A stretch of DNA of 59,990 bases, filler included, from Basidiobolus ranarum (lineage: Eukaryota): NCBI GenBank assembly GCA_040143965.1. It is 9 parts of 9 records of this genome, joined end to end, with 100 filler letters (N's around TTAATTAATTAA, not from the genome) between each part and the next. Parts side by side here need not be neighbours in the genome. Positions count along the whole stretch, not along the records: positions 1 to 6,600 come from JASJQH010001289.1; positions 6,701 to 13,296 come from JASJQH010001290.1; 7 more parts are not named here. The stretch is one strand, 5' to 3'. Below are positions 1-12,827 of this stretch, one piece after another. How positions within the stretch are numbered: the first letter of the stretch is position 1; each line of letters begins with the position of its first letter. The position numbers and the translations under genes were made by a program. Under the pieces are notes generated by a model that was given only the letters and a program-made list of their open reading frames with translations, did not search any database and was not told where the DNA came from.

Positions 1-661
1 TACATGTTAGTTTGTTTACATCTTGACAAAACTATAATTGTCAACTTTCTACTCAATAAATCAATAAGTGAAAACCACCAATTCCTCTAATTCTCCAAAC
101 CACTTCCAACAAGGCTCCCAAATACTTTAACATCTAGTACAAGTTTGAAAAATTCTATATATCTGAGAACTTCTAAGTAAATTCAGATTTCAAATATTAA
201 GTGATATCTAAATGAAATACGGAATAACTAAATACTAAGCTATATACAACTACATAGATGTTTATGCTAAAGTATTTTGGGAGCCTATTGGAAGTGGTGT
301 GGGGAAATACAGAAATTGGTGGTTTTCACTTATTGATTTATTTAGATGAAAGTTAACATTTATAGTTCTATCAAGGTGTAAGCAAACTCACATGTAGAAT
401 GGGTTAAAGAAGGTCCCAGGAACATGTGTGAAGAGTTTGGGGCTTTTAGCACTAGTTTGAAAAAATCTATATATTTGAGAACTTCTAAGTTCTGATTGAG
501 AATATTCAGTAATATCTTAGTTCAATATAGGATAACTAAGTACTACACTATATATGACTTACCTCATGAGAATAATGGGTGATATCTTGGTTCAATATAG
601 GATAACTAAATACTAAGCTATATATGACTGTATAGGTGTTTAGGCAATGCTAATTTCAACA
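1..661. mobile_element. Cluster of nested or partial copia LTRs (family A): 1-132 in + orientation, 133-661 in - orientation
   Basis: 1-132 ends ...GGCTCCCAAATACTTTAACA, matching the LTR end at 44101-44124 that precedes a PBS and gag. 265-661 is the reverse complement, ending GCAATGCTAATTTCAACA like 43478-43824. Confidence 0.85.
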
Positions 662-669
662 TACATTGC

Positions 670-990
670 ATGATTATGGTCTTCATAAAAGGTTTTCTCA
701 CTCAATAACTCATACAATCCCAAACTGATATATTTGCATTTGATAACTACAAATTAAATACAGTAGCTAAATATTTCATGATAGGATCTAAGAATGACGT
801 GAGTCCTAAAGAGATGTGGGAGTCTTATGTAGAAGGTAAACTTAGTTCTATCTTGGATTATTGTCTTCAGCATTATATATTAGTCCTCTCAGCTGATAAG
901 ACTAAATATTTCATATTTATTTGCTTGGGTAATGTCATTCATAATCACCCATTAGTATTATTTACCTTAGGTCTCCCAATCATTGCTAAC
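670..990 (+). pseudogene. Decayed fragment of an RNA-primed (Pol-delta/large DNA virus-like) family B DNA polymerase, ExoIII region
   Basis: The frame from 742 reads DNYKLNTVAKYFMIGSKNDVSPKEMWESYVEGKLSSILDYCLQH, matching the PolB pattern SYKLxxVAxxF...KxDV...YCxxD. It is intronless with an in-frame stop upstream. Confidence 0.55.
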
Positions 991-2184
991 ATGGTTTGAA
1001 ATTTCATTAATGATATGTGTCAGGGGTGGATGTCTACACAAAAGTTGCGGTATATGTGCGGCCTTAACTCTATCAGCTTTGTGGTCGTTGAGATTTGTAA
1101 AACAATCCGCAAAGCAAGGGCAGTCTTAAGCCATAGTATATGCCATTGACATATTCTATCTCAGCATCTGAGCATTGTTACAGTATGTCTATCATTTACA
1201 TTATTCATGTGGATAGCTTCAACGGAAGTTAGACCATATATACTACTTACAAACACGAACACTATTCTGATGCTCAGCGAACCAACCTAAGTTTTACTCC
1301 GTTGAAATTTCCTGTATTTCCAATAAATCAGACTTTGTTTCATTAGCATAACAAAGATTCCATATTTCCTTCTATCATTCGAAGTATATCCAATTCATCT
1401 GAAATTCTAAACAACTTCCACATCTTCGATAAGAGCCATAGATCTGACTCTTGTTGCCATTCTACCTGATCACCGTCATCCCAGTATCAGTATTTGAACT
1501 GTGGATTTTGTGCAGTATCTACAATCTGACGCAGCGGTTAAGTTTAATGTACCGATGTGCAACCAGGGTAAAACCAGGGTTTCAGGGACCGAAGCTTTTA
1601 TTAAGATTTCAAGATGATGTAAAACCATGGCACAGCCTAACTAAAAAGCGAAATTTGTAAATCTAAAATATTCTTAAACTTTAAGTACAGATATAATCAA
1701 TTCGTTGATTAGATTGGATAGCATTGCCAAACTTAGAGACGATCGCTGCTTATTCGTTATATGCATTGGATAGTTCGAGACAATTTTCATGTCTTGATGT
1801 CTTCACTTGTAGGGAGACTGCTCGCTTACATAAGCCCAGTCATGTTCAGCTAGGGCTGGTATTATTAGCACTTGACGTGACTTCTTCTTTTCCATTGGCT
1901 ACGATGATTTTCCTCTTTCTTTATTGGTTTTTGGGTAGAGATTTATATTGGTACATCTAGCTCATATACTTGTTCATGTCCAAAGTTAAGATTAAAGCAG
2001 ATGAGGTATGGCAAGATATGACTGGGTCAATTGCGAGCAATAGTACGAAATTTGATTTATTGCATTCAAACAAAATAATAAACTGAGAAGTGGGATATTT
2101 ATGATCTCATGAGTATGTTATAGTATTTACGTGATCGTTACATGATTGATGCTCAACGCATGAGCATCATGGGACACTTGTGAT

Positions 2185-4016
2185 TTATAATCCTACTTCT
2201 GCTGCTTTGGATCCACGTTCCTCCACTAGCCAGTTAACTTCACGAGTTAGCACGCGTCTCTCAGTTTCTGCTTTCCTCATGATCTCTTCGATAATTTTCT
2301 GATTATCACTGGTACCTTCTGGTTTCAAGATTGCTTGACTGGCTGTTTGAACTAATGAGTCAAGCACTGCTCCAAGTTGATTAGGTAACCAAGTGACGAT
2401 TGGTGAACCGCCGGTAGCAACTGGATGCTTCATACGTTTTATGATGTACTCTTTAGTGAACATCCAATGACGGTGACGGAAGTCGCGCACTTGGTCCATA
2501 ACTTGTAAATAGATAGCTAGAATGGTAATTAGCATTGTTAGTACGGTTTCTAATAGTATCATCGAATCTACACTTACCGGCAGAGTTGCCATTCTCTTCA
2601 GCAAATTTACGTAAGCCTACTTCTCGTGCTTTCCCGTCGACAAAACTGAGGAATCGATTATGATTCACTGGTCGGTAACTACGGAAGTCCCGTAGAACTT
2701 CGGTAAGTGGATTTGTTGGCATATTCGACGTAAGTTCTAGAAGATTATCCGCGAGTGGGATCATACTGTCGTTGGCTCCACTCTCACCTCGGAAGTGCAG
2801 AGGCTTGTCATGAACTCCTTCATATAAGATACCATTTGGGAACATTGGCTGACTTTTTGAGCCCATGATAAAGGTACGGAAATGGGGATAATCTGCGGGC
2901 TCAGAGCGTGACCACATGGTCTCCATCACTTGGTTGATCTTGGAAAATACATCTCGGAAGATACCAAGCTGGCTATCAAACTCAGCTCTATCTCCTTGGC
3001 GCGCGGCCTCAAGAGTACGTAGCGCAGCATCAACAATCTTACCGGAATGAGCCACCATAGCCACGTGAACGAGGATAAATCCGTGTTCCGATCTTGCACC
3101 TGCGAATCCTCGGATTAGATTCAGATTTGGGTAATCAGCTGGCTTTGATTTGTCAATTCGTTGATAGTTGTACAAACTGATTGTCGTTAGTTCAGAAATA
3201 TTTCAAAAGATGTAGCGAATAAATGAAATTAGCTATTGAATTCAAATTCTACACTACCTATAGGACATGGCATACTCCATGAACGGTTTAGCGCCGATCT
3301 TTTCGGATACCTTCACCAGAGGGATTGCTATATTCTTAGGAAGAATATCTCTGGCCAAACCATATTCACCAGTAGTTCTGAAGTTGATATCGCACGGTTC
3401 TAGAAGATATGCACTTGCCAAGAAGGTGTAATCTCGATACAAGGCTATGAAATACAGCAAAGTCAGTACAGGAAAACTGGGTGGTACTTTGAGGGTCTCT
3501 ATCTTCAATTTCGTATTTCCCCTCGACCTAAAATCTTACCTGACAGTAGTTGACTATCATGGATGTGATCTACATTATAGATTGGAAGCTCATTTGTAAC
3601 CGCCTGTCCAAGTTCTCCTTTCCAAAGAAGCCCATTAGATCCGTCAGGGAGTTTCAAAGGCATTCTTTCCAAAAGGCTCTCGAGTTCTTTGAATTCTGAA
3701 GGAAGTTTCACGAGCGGATCTTCACGAGGCAAAAAGCCATTCTTTGGAGTAACAATAAATTGACTTTCTGGTTGAATATTATCCCAAGTATTGAATGGTA
3801 CGGGCTATAAATTGAAAAGAGAGTGGTATATAGTGAGTTAGCAATGAAAGACTCCGATATCAACATGAGAGCTATTTCCCAAGAATCTACCTGGGCATTA
3901 CGACACACTCCAGACTGTCTAAAGGGGGACAAAGAGGCTAATGTGCGAACATGGTTAGAACTCTTGAAGCTCTTTTGAGTGTTGATGAAGGCGAGACGGG
4001 CAGCGGATCTTAACAT
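2185..4016 (-). CDS. Indoleamine 2,3-dioxygenase family protein (IDO-gamma-like), 5 exons: 4016-3891, 3804-3540, 3444-3258, 3176-2578, 2516-2185; ~502 aa
   Basis: GT-AG introns join the ORFs in frame. Motifs include NGFLPREDP, EHGFILVHV, FRGESGANDSMIP, FRHRHW (proximal His) and ATGGSPIVTWL. Confidence 0.9.
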
Positions 4017-4503
4017 TTTCAGCGACTAGTTGAGAGGGATAGTTTGGAATAGTAGGATATTATCTGCAGTTGATATGTGTAAACTTTGGTATCTGACAAC
4101 GCCTTTATATACTTCAATTAGGTCAGGCAGTTGGGATTCCATCTCAGGAAACCTGTTGGTCATAAGTGAGACAGAATAACAGCTTTCCCAAGCACCTCCT
4201 TAGCAGCAAAATATCTGGAGCTGACTAACGAAACAAATTACTATTCACGCCGACATCAGGTCATTCGCTCTTTCTTCTGTTTTTAGAGTCAAACATCAGT
4301 GACGGAGGAAATCAACAAGTTTGAATAGTGAGGCTCATATCCCAAAACACATCCACAAAGCCAATCCAATCTCATTTCTAGTTGTGGAATTGTAAGGCTA
4401 GTCACATTTTCCCATCTCCGTAATCTTACTTGTACACAGAATCAGATTCAGTTGAGATTGAGTGAAATCATGTATAAATTATAGTGTCCCTCGGGTGTCT
4501 TAG

Positions 4504-4806
4504 CCGGTTCCTTGTTTTTACCGATATTTCCCACTTCGATTTGATTGAAAACCGAGAGGGTCCTTCTTTAATCAATATAAATTTCCATCCATTGATAACA
4601 GGTTCCTTCTTTAGCCTATATATTTCATCAACTAATTGATTTGCGGGTCCTTCTTTAAACTGTATATATTCTTTTTCTATTCATAACCAGATCCTTCTCT
4701 ATGATGTATATTTAATGCTGGCTACACAAAACCGTTTCCTTCTTTAAATCGTATAAATAATGTGGAGCGACCATTTGGGGTTCCTTAACTAAACAGTATA
4801 AATAAT
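4504..4806. repeat. Degenerate ~44-bp-period array of a GGTTCCTTCTTTA-N4/5-TATAWAT motif (6-7 units)
   Basis: TCCTT cores at 4561, 4604, 4648, 4692, 4737 and 4782, with a weaker unit near 4509. The sequence between motifs differs in each unit. Confidence 0.8.
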
Positions 4807-6419
4807 AAATAGTATAATTAGATTGCCAGCAACGATGTGGGAGTAATCTTTTTGATACACAAGTGTCTCTTCACAGAGCCATTACGAAGCTAAGCAGGCT
4901 AAAGGCAGTTTAGTCCAAACAGAACCTGATACGTAAAACACATAATAATTCACTGCACACACCTGATCACGCATTGCGAAAGATCTCCAGCAAAAGGTGC
5001 CTTGATATGTAGTGATGTAGTGAGCAGATGGATGGCAGAAGTTCAAAATGCCATCGAAATGATTTTAGAAGTGTTGACATATTATGAATCCAAATCTTCT
5101 GTCCAACAGAGTCTGTAACAAGTCCCATCAGGTATTTCTTACGCTCCTAACGATACTTATTTTTCTACGTCCCAATAGAATCTTGAGAAATGCTGAGCCT
5201 GACAACGATAGGAGAATCCAATGTATCTGGCATGAGGTTGTCTCTGTGTATTTAGAGCATCCCATTATTGAAGAATATGAACTTGAGTCAGCATGAAGTG
5301 ACTTAAGACACCAACTCTTGCACCTGACAATCGTTCAATCTGCGGTCGTGATCTTCAACATATTATGGATATAATAAGGACACTTGGGCTCTTCAATAGC
5401 CCCTATGTCAGCTGGCAAACAAAACTCAAACATAGTGAGCAATCAAAGTCGCGTCTTAATGGATGTTGTGAAGATGAGCTACTCTCGAAGTCGATTGCAT
5501 ATCGTAAATGATTTTCTACATATATTTAGGTTGCTTGAAAAGATATCACATTCATCTGAGAGCAATTTCCAACTTGCTCAACTCGGAACTGTGGCAAAAA
5601 TCAATATTTAGTGTAATTGGCAGCTATTCTCCATACGTATGCTTGGATTATGTGTACTTAGTCATAGTTCCACAATAAAGCTAACGATGATCACCCTTTT
5701 GAGCCCACTCGATCTACAGAAACATATGTTCTCGATAACGCCACTGGATTTGCTCCATCTTTGCTTGTGAGCTATTTGGTCTCTAATTTTCTCAGATCGC
5801 TTTGTAATAAAATTTGTGACAGATCAGTTTTGAATTTAATGCATTCCACAGCCAATTCTGCATTACTTTTACCACTTAACGACATTTAAAGTCTCCCTTT
5901 TTTCTCACCACTACATATACGAAGATTCCTTGGGTATGAAACCCTACCGATTATGTTTACAAATAGCGTTCCTTTTCGAAATCATTGAGACACTTACACC
6001 TGACGAATATCCTATCAGCTTTGTACTACAAATATATTAGATCCCTTCCAGTGAATTACCCAACTATAACTATTCGACATATTCATTTGAGAGGTCACTG
6101 AGTCCGTTTCGAAAATATTGGAACCCATGGGCTGCTTGATATAAAACTCTGAATATTTTGAGGTAGATGATCCCAATTTATCAAATAATATATGACAGCA
6201 GAAACATGATTGTTAGTACTCGAATATTATGTGCTCCTTTATCCTTGTAAGGCTTAACAGAATCCACAATAAGCGAATCTTTGATTGATACCTTTGTCTG
6301 TCATAAACAGCTACATCAGCATCATGGTATTCTACTATATTCTCTTACAACCTGTAAATTGCTGGTAGTACATAGGCTGAGCACTAGGCATCTCTGAGAA
6401 GAAATATTAATTTTGAAAG

Positions 6420-6600
6420 TGTTAAAGTATTTGGGAGCCTGTTGGAAGTGGTTTGGAGAATTAGAGGAATTGGTGGTTTTCACTTATTGAGTTGACATTT
6501 ATAGTTTTGTCAAGATGTAAACAAACTAACGTGTAGAATATGTTAAGGAAGGTCCCAGGAACATGTGTGCAAAGTTTGGGGCTTCTTTGAAAAATCTATA
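6420..6600 (-). mobile_element. Copia LTR family A, truncated by contig end
   Basis: TGTTAAAGTATTTGGGAGCCTGTTGGAAG is the reverse complement of the LTR end at 1-132 and 44101-44124. Confidence 0.85.
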
Positions 6601-6700
6601 NNNNNNNNNNNNNNNNNNNNNNNNNNNNNNNNNNNNNNNNNNNNTTAATTAATTAANNNNNNNNNNNNNNNNNNNNNNNNNNNNNNNNNNNNNNNNNNNN
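6601..6700. other. Artificial contig linker (also 13297-13396, 19986-20085, 26669-26768, 33347-33446, 40022-40121, 46688-46787, 53341-53440)
   Basis: Identical N44-TTAATTAATTAA-N44 six-frame-stop spacers. Flanking segments shrink monotonically (6600, 6596, 6589, 6583, 6578, 6575, 6566, 6553 bp). Confidence 0.98.
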
Positions 6701-7483
6701 GCAAGTATCCATTCTCAAATCCAGGCTAACTCTAACTGTACGTTTGTCAAGTTCGGTGAGATGCTATACAGTATACCAGAATACACAGATATTTCAAAAA
6801 CATATTCCGAATCTTTGGATAGGACTATATTGACCAATAGCTATAGTCCACCTTTGATGTGCGCTAGCGATTCAACAATGCTACAACGAGGACCAAATAC
6901 AAACGAAAAGTGCTCTAAAGATGTACACTTTAGTTACACCTGTAACTATTCTGACCTGTCGTGGAGCGCATACGGTGAGGCAGAGAATGATCCTGAATCT
7001 AATTCAACCAAGCACACAATTGGAGATAACTTCATAGACTATCCTTCTAGCCTCAGCAGCTCTACAACTACAGAAGAGCTTGGTACTATCACAGAAGATT
7101 TGGAACTTGATTTGGAACTAGACGAATCAAATCTATGCCATAATCAGCCAGATATAAATCAAACATCGCACTACTCTATGCATCAGAATATTTCATCCCA
7201 CAACCATGATCTCACATCTAGTGAAAAAAGCACACCTTCTCATGCTATGGAAATAGCACTTCAGGATCGGGAAGTCTTATTAAAGGAGGTAGAACTGCTA
7301 CGACGATTACTAAAAGCCGAGATAGAGACCAAGCATCAAATCTCCATAGCGCTTGAAAACGCACGGCAACAATTCGATGATATTTCCCACATATCGTTCT
7401 TGAAATTGAAAGAAGCTTCAAAAGAGAACAAACGCCTCACTAACAAGTTGAAGTATTTGAACAAGAATATGACTGCCTTCTGA
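6701..7483 (+). CDS. Hypothetical protein with C-terminal coiled coil (5'-partial)
   Basis: The frame is open from the contig start through the 240-aa ORF. It has a Ser/acidic low-complexity region followed by a heptad-like helix (LQDREVLLKEVELLRRLL). Confidence 0.65.
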   Translation, partial: ASIHSQIQANSNCTFVKFGEMLYSIPEYTDISKTYSESLDRTILTNSYSPPLMCASDSTMLQRGPNTNEKCSKDVHFSYTCNYSDLSWSAYGEAENDPESNSTKHTIGDNFIDYPSSLSSSTTTEELGTITEDLELDLELDESNLCHNQPDINQTSHYSMHQNISSHNHDLTSSEKSTPSHAMEIALQDREVLLKEVELLRRLLKAEIETKHQISIALENARQQFDDISHISFLKLKEASKENKRLTNKLKYLNKNMTAF

Positions 7484-8110
7484 AGTAGGGTAACGCAGCC
7501 GGTTGATTCGGTTTCTTTTAACATCTTCCCCAAGTAACTTCATCTACCCCAAATGACTCATAAAAAAGACTTGATACAAAAAGATATTTCTGAACCAGAA
7601 AAAAGTGACATTGAAAGGAACGCAACAACACACAAAGCAAGTGAGTTTCATACAGTTTCAACTCCATTTGATTCGATACTTGATTCTAAACTTGCGATTG
7701 TCAAATCACAAATCCTTAAATGGCGATTCCAAAATAGATCATTCCTGTTTTGCTTTGTTTCCAAAACCGACCTGTGGAAGGACCCACGGGAAAGTAAGCA
7801 TTCTCCACAAATCCTTAAACATTCCATTCTCCGATATCTTTGAATTGCTCCCTGATTTTCGATGATATATCTATAAAAGATCAAACTTAATATGAACTCG
7901 GATCCCAAACAATTTCAATCTAACCAGAACTCTTCTAATTTAGAAAGCTCAGTTTATTGCAATAGAAAGAATGTGACATAAGATTGATGAGATTGAAACG
8001 TATGAACAGGGCTCAACAAGTAAATCATAGGGCCTGAATATTATTAAATGCTAATAGTAATGGATATTTCTAAAATGGATTCTAAGGGTATGAACGAGGT
8101 CCAAACTGAC

Positions 8111-9105
8111 TTAGAATTGACTGGCGATCCATAATGCAACAGGGAGGAGTCCGAAGCTCATAGAGGGGACAATTCCACTAGCTGAGTTGCGGGAAATGGT
8201 AGCAGTTCCAGTAGGACTAGCAGGAGAGGATGGGCTGCTCTTGGCAGGGACTTGGGAAGCAGCGCCGGTAGATTGAGAAGTGTTGGGAGGAGTGACGGCG
8301 GAATTACCGTTGTTTGGTACACCATCCTTGTACATAGGCCACTTGTTGTTGAGGCAGTCAGCTACAGTTTCGAATCTGTATCCCTTAGATTTAATAAAAT
8401 CAATAATTCTGGCAGTTTTGTCGATGCTGAACTTGTGGATATCATGTTGGAGTGAGATCCATGAATCAACTTGAGAGTTTCCAGCATTAAGTTTATCTTC
8501 AACGTTGGTGACGAGTTTCTCCTGAACGGTTGCGTTCTGAGTGACGTATTGCCAGTCATTGGAATCAACGTTCCAGGTAATGATCTTTAAGTTCATTTCG
8601 TTCATGACAGCTTGGCAAGCAGCATTGCAGTCACCATAAGGAGGTCTCATGTAAGCAGGAGCAGCACCAATAACAGCTTTAATGTTAGCTTCAGTAACGA
8701 CCATCTGTTCTTTGACTTGGGCGGAAGTAAGAGTATTCAAAGATTTATGATCGTTAGTGTGAGAAGCAATTTGGTGACCTTCATCATAAGTTTGCTTGAG
8801 GAAATTGGCCAAGGCGGGGTTTTTTGCCTGAACACCGAGAACGAAGAAAGTGGCCTTTACATTCTTCTCCTTGAGAATGGCAAGTAAGTCACCAGTGTTA
8901 GGGCCAGGTCCTATGAATATCTCAATGTTAGCAAATGCACAATAATGTAATGCAAAGGTAAAGAGAAGTACATACCGTCATCGAAAGTAAGACCGAAAAC
9001 TCCAGGTTTTTCACACTTTGTGATAATAGTAGCACCAGCGTCTTGGGCGGCAACGTATCCAGCGATAACCGAGCCTAACAAAGCATACTTCAACAAAGCG
9101 ACCAT
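8111..9105 (-). CDS. Chitin deacetylase (CE4/NodB), secreted and probably GPI-anchored; exons 9105-8976, 8910-8111; ~309 aa
   Basis: Signal peptide, then TFDDG, HTNDH, RPPYG, DSNDW and LQHD motifs, a Ser/Thr/Pro linker and a hydrophobic C-terminus. One GT-AG intron. Confidence 0.93.
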
Positions 9106-10305
9106 TTTCAAAATGATAGTAAAATGATAGAGAGACTAGCTACGATGTTCTCCACATGAAAAATCCAGGAGACTTTATAGTAGGGACAATGTTGCACAAA
9201 CACCAACCATTTCTTCCGCTACCATACTTATTTCTATTCTGGGAAATTCCATTAAAATCGTAAAATACTTTACCAAATAAGCAGACTTAGAATAACCGCC
9301 ATCATTGACAAATAAGCAGACTATAGTAACCGCCCTCAATGACAAATAAATCCATGCACACTATTTACCACTTCTAGAATACAGTGTAACTTTCCTGGAA
9401 ATTGATTGGTAAACAGATTAATGAGCGATAAGCAAAAAGTTGGCTGAATTGAGGGGATTATATGCATATCAATCCATGATGTATAAATTGACGTTGGAGA
9501 GTGACCGCCAGCTTCTTCCAACAGAACATCCATCAACGGTCACCTATGACATCAATCCATCACCCAGTGCCAACATACATGCCAATATTTGCCCAACCGA
9601 ACCGACGTAACTATTTTAGCAACAAGCAATGAAATACAGAAGTGACTCACTTGTGAAGTTCCCGACTCACTGCTTTACCAGGCTAGTTTAGTGCCACTAA
9701 TGTACCCCAAATATTATCATATTATTGAGAATAATCTGCAGATCGATGTGGATTCAATCTATGCACCCATATTGATGCACTAGAGTCCAAAACTTAATAA
9801 CCATTCAAGCTTAATTTAGATTGACTTAAAAGTGATAAGAACACAGCAATTAACTATCCCTAACCCTAATTGTCCCTAACCCTAAGAAACAAAATGATGG
9901 AATTCGAGATTGGGGCTAGGATTGAAAAGGGAGTTACTGAACCTATTAGGGTAATAGCTTTTGTAACGAATCTATTTATAACTGACCACTTATAGCCAAT
10001 ATCCCACCAAACCTTTAAACAAGTTTCTAGCTAACTTTAACCAATATTTAAGCAATATCGCATCATTTTCTGAAGCTGGAGTTTAATCGCAATGCTGTAG
10101 AGAAATGTAGAATAATGATTCTTGCAAATATGACCCTAATAACTTTCGAGTGACCAATGGCAATGAGTCGCATTGTATATACTAAAATCCAGTTTCGTGT
10201 TGTATGGAAATTTGGAATGAAAAAAAAAACAAATTTAGGAGACATGTATTTATGTGTATTAGATAGAAAGCCCAAGCACCATTAATTTTTTTAAACGAAG
10301 AAATT

Positions 10306-11538
10306 ATGTCTGGAGCCAAGAGATCTTTAAACAGAAGCGATCAGAAGAAGAAACGTGCAAAGAAGTTCGCATGTTCTAAAGTGAGCCCATTATATTTTAA
10401 TAAGAATATTGTTTTGTGGAGAGTACAACTTAGTTTATAGTTCTAAACATAGCTTTATGTTACTTTTATCGATATTTAAAAGGAGAAATTTTCCAATCCT
10501 GGAAATTTTCAAGTTGATCCTGGTGTATTTGGTTTCTTCGTAACTTGCCCACGCCACAAAGAAAGGGCTTGCGTTTCAGAAATGTATGCTGTATTAAGTG
10601 AGGTACGATAGTGAATGTTACTTATTTTGGAGGGAAATTGTATTGATCCTTGGTTCAATAGTATGCTGACAAGCTGTATTCCAGCGAGAAGACAGATACA
10701 GCAGAGGAATCCAAAGAAGAACCCCAGGAGATATCTGTTGAGGATGAAATCGCCAACGAACTTGCGGAAATGAAAAAGACAGCTCATAAGGATAAACGAT
10801 TTGCTAATCTCAACACTCAAGTTGACTGTGGTATTTACCTAGTTTTCTACGATTTTTGTATGCTATATTTAACACCGCATGTAGTTGTTTTTATCAAGGC
10901 TAAAGAGCCAGTGGTTCCCACCGACCTTGCCGCATATATTCTAAAGGATCTTAAAGAAACTGGGGTGAAGAAGACTAGGTATAGAGAATTGAGTAATAGA
11001 CAAAACAAAGCCGAGAACTTCATTAAATGTTTCTTTTCTTCAGATTTTCACTTCGCTTAATTCCCATCTCAAACACTTGTTATGCAAATATGAATGATAT
11101 CGAGGCTACTATGAAGAAACTGCTTGCACCGCACTTCCATAGCGAGAACCAGGAGCCCGTTACTGTAACTAGTATTCAATATATATTGTCAGACATTCCT
11201 GAAGACTCACTAGTTTCTATTTAGTTTGCCATCGTTCCTAAAATCCGTAATAATAGCAAAGTTGATCGAGATGAGCTGATCAAATCAGTAGCAGGTCTGG
11301 TTGGTGATAAACACAAAGTTAATCTTGAGAATCCTGACCTTGTGATTATCATTGAAATTTTCAAGGTAAGCGCTATTAACACCGCATCAGTGACTTGCAT
11401 ATATTCACGAATACCTGTTTGATGTAGAGCATATGTGGTATCAGTGTCGTTAAGGATTACTACAATCTTAAGAAATTCAATCTTCAAGTCCTCTTTGAGT
11501 CTCTTGACAAGCCTAATCAGCCTACACTAGAATCATAA
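10306..11538 (+). CDS. TAN1: THUMP-domain tRNA acetylation adaptor (Tan1/THUMPD1-like), 7 exons: 10306-10380, 10483-10602, 10662-10830, 10885-10978, 11044-11164, 11225-11365, 11428-11538
   Basis: The spliced product contains GFFVTC, EDEIANELAEM, TRFSLRLIPI and HKVNLENPDLVIIIEIFKSICGISVVKDYYNLKKFNL. Confidence 0.85.
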
Positions 11539-11925
11539 TTTGGCTTGTTTGGAATAAATATAATTAAATATTGCGCAAATGTTGATCTTCGGTTAGATAG
11601 TTGGTTAGTTAGTCAGGGGCTAGGGATTGTTAAGGCTATATGCTAACATAGATATACCCCAAACAATGTGCGAAAGTTATCCCCACAATTCCCCGGGTAT
11701 TTATATGAATTGTGATTGGATGAAGTTCAATGAGAAGTAGCAATTCAAAGCCAAATCAGATAGTAAACCATGCTACCCAAACAGCCTTCCCAACACAACC
11801 CATAAAAATTTTTCAAGTTGATTTCTAATTTGGGGGTCATATGATATAGATCTTCAAAGTCGACCTGGCCTCTAAGTGTAATTCTTCGGTTCTCTCTCCT
11901 TGCACACAACATTCAATCAATCAAA

Positions 11926-12323
11926 ATGAACGCTGCTTGTCGTGTTGTTGCTCGTCGTGCCTATTCCACTCGTTCTTACATTCCTCCCAATCTTGCTAAT
12001 GGAGTTAAATCTGCCGGTCCCAAGGCCGAAAGTGGAGATTTGTCTGGCTTAGTAGAGTTTTATAAGAGAATCCCCAAGGGTGCTGCTGAAGCCGCAAAGC
12101 CCACTAACTGGATTGCTCGTTATCGCGCCAAATACTGGGAGGGTGAAAATGCCTCTTTTACTCCTATCCTTCATGCTATGCTCCTTGTCGGTGGTCTCCA
12201 CTACACTCTTGCTTATAACTTCCATCTTAGTAAGTCATATTCCTCAGTATAATGTTACAGCATAATGAGAACTAACCCTATTTCATTTCAACAGAGAATC
12301 ACAAGAACGTTGAGCATCATTAA
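11926..12323 (+). CDS. ATP17: Mitochondrial ATP synthase subunit f; exons 11926-12229, 12295-12323
   Basis: YIPPNLA...LVEFYKRIPKG...RYRAKYWEGENASFTPILH...YNFHLKNHK is typical of fungal subunit f. Confidence 0.9.
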
Positions 12324-12827
12324 GTACGAAATTTCATAAACAGCTTCACGAGAATAAGTCATTTGTCTTCATCAATTGGAACAAGAGCAGAAGTTTAATT
12401 GCTTATTTTTCAATGGTTGCTCATTCTCCATCCACTATTCATAGCATTTGACTTTTCCCCAGATACATTGATTAAAATCCAAGTTTAAAACCTCGCATAT
12501 CTTGCTTACATTCTTATATGCCACTTTAAGTGCCTCTCGATCCAAAGTCACCTTGGTTGAAGTATGAATCGAGGCCTTTTAATTGACTCGATCTTGAATG
12601 ATATTTAAATGGTCTGGAATCGTTCAGATAGTAAGTAACTAGAGATCTGTATATCTTCCACTCCACCAATTCAATCGATTTTAACACAAGATCGTAGTTT
12701 AACTTGTGATAAGTCGCCAATCAATTAACCTTGGATAATATATAAAACATCATTCATATCATTCATGCTCCCACGAAGATATCTAATTAACATTGTAACT
12801 AGTGTAAAATTTCCCCTTCGAAGAACC

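Noticed and set aside
4504-4806. CRISPR-like repeat/spacer appearance
   Set aside because: The repeats are degenerate, the spacers are too short, the context is eukaryotic and there are no cas genes. Kept only as a motif array.
5020-5620. Broken ORFs that may be a pseudogene
   Set aside because: No family motif I can identify with confidence.
6601-6700. Recurring TTAATTAATTAA palindrome within N runs
   Set aside because: Artificial concatenation linker. ORFs running into it (ending in X...N) and cross-linker gene neighbourhoods are artefacts.
9858-9885. CCCTAACCCTAA twice (telomere-like)
   Set aside because: Only 2+2 internal units. At most a promoter telo-box, with no support for a telomere.
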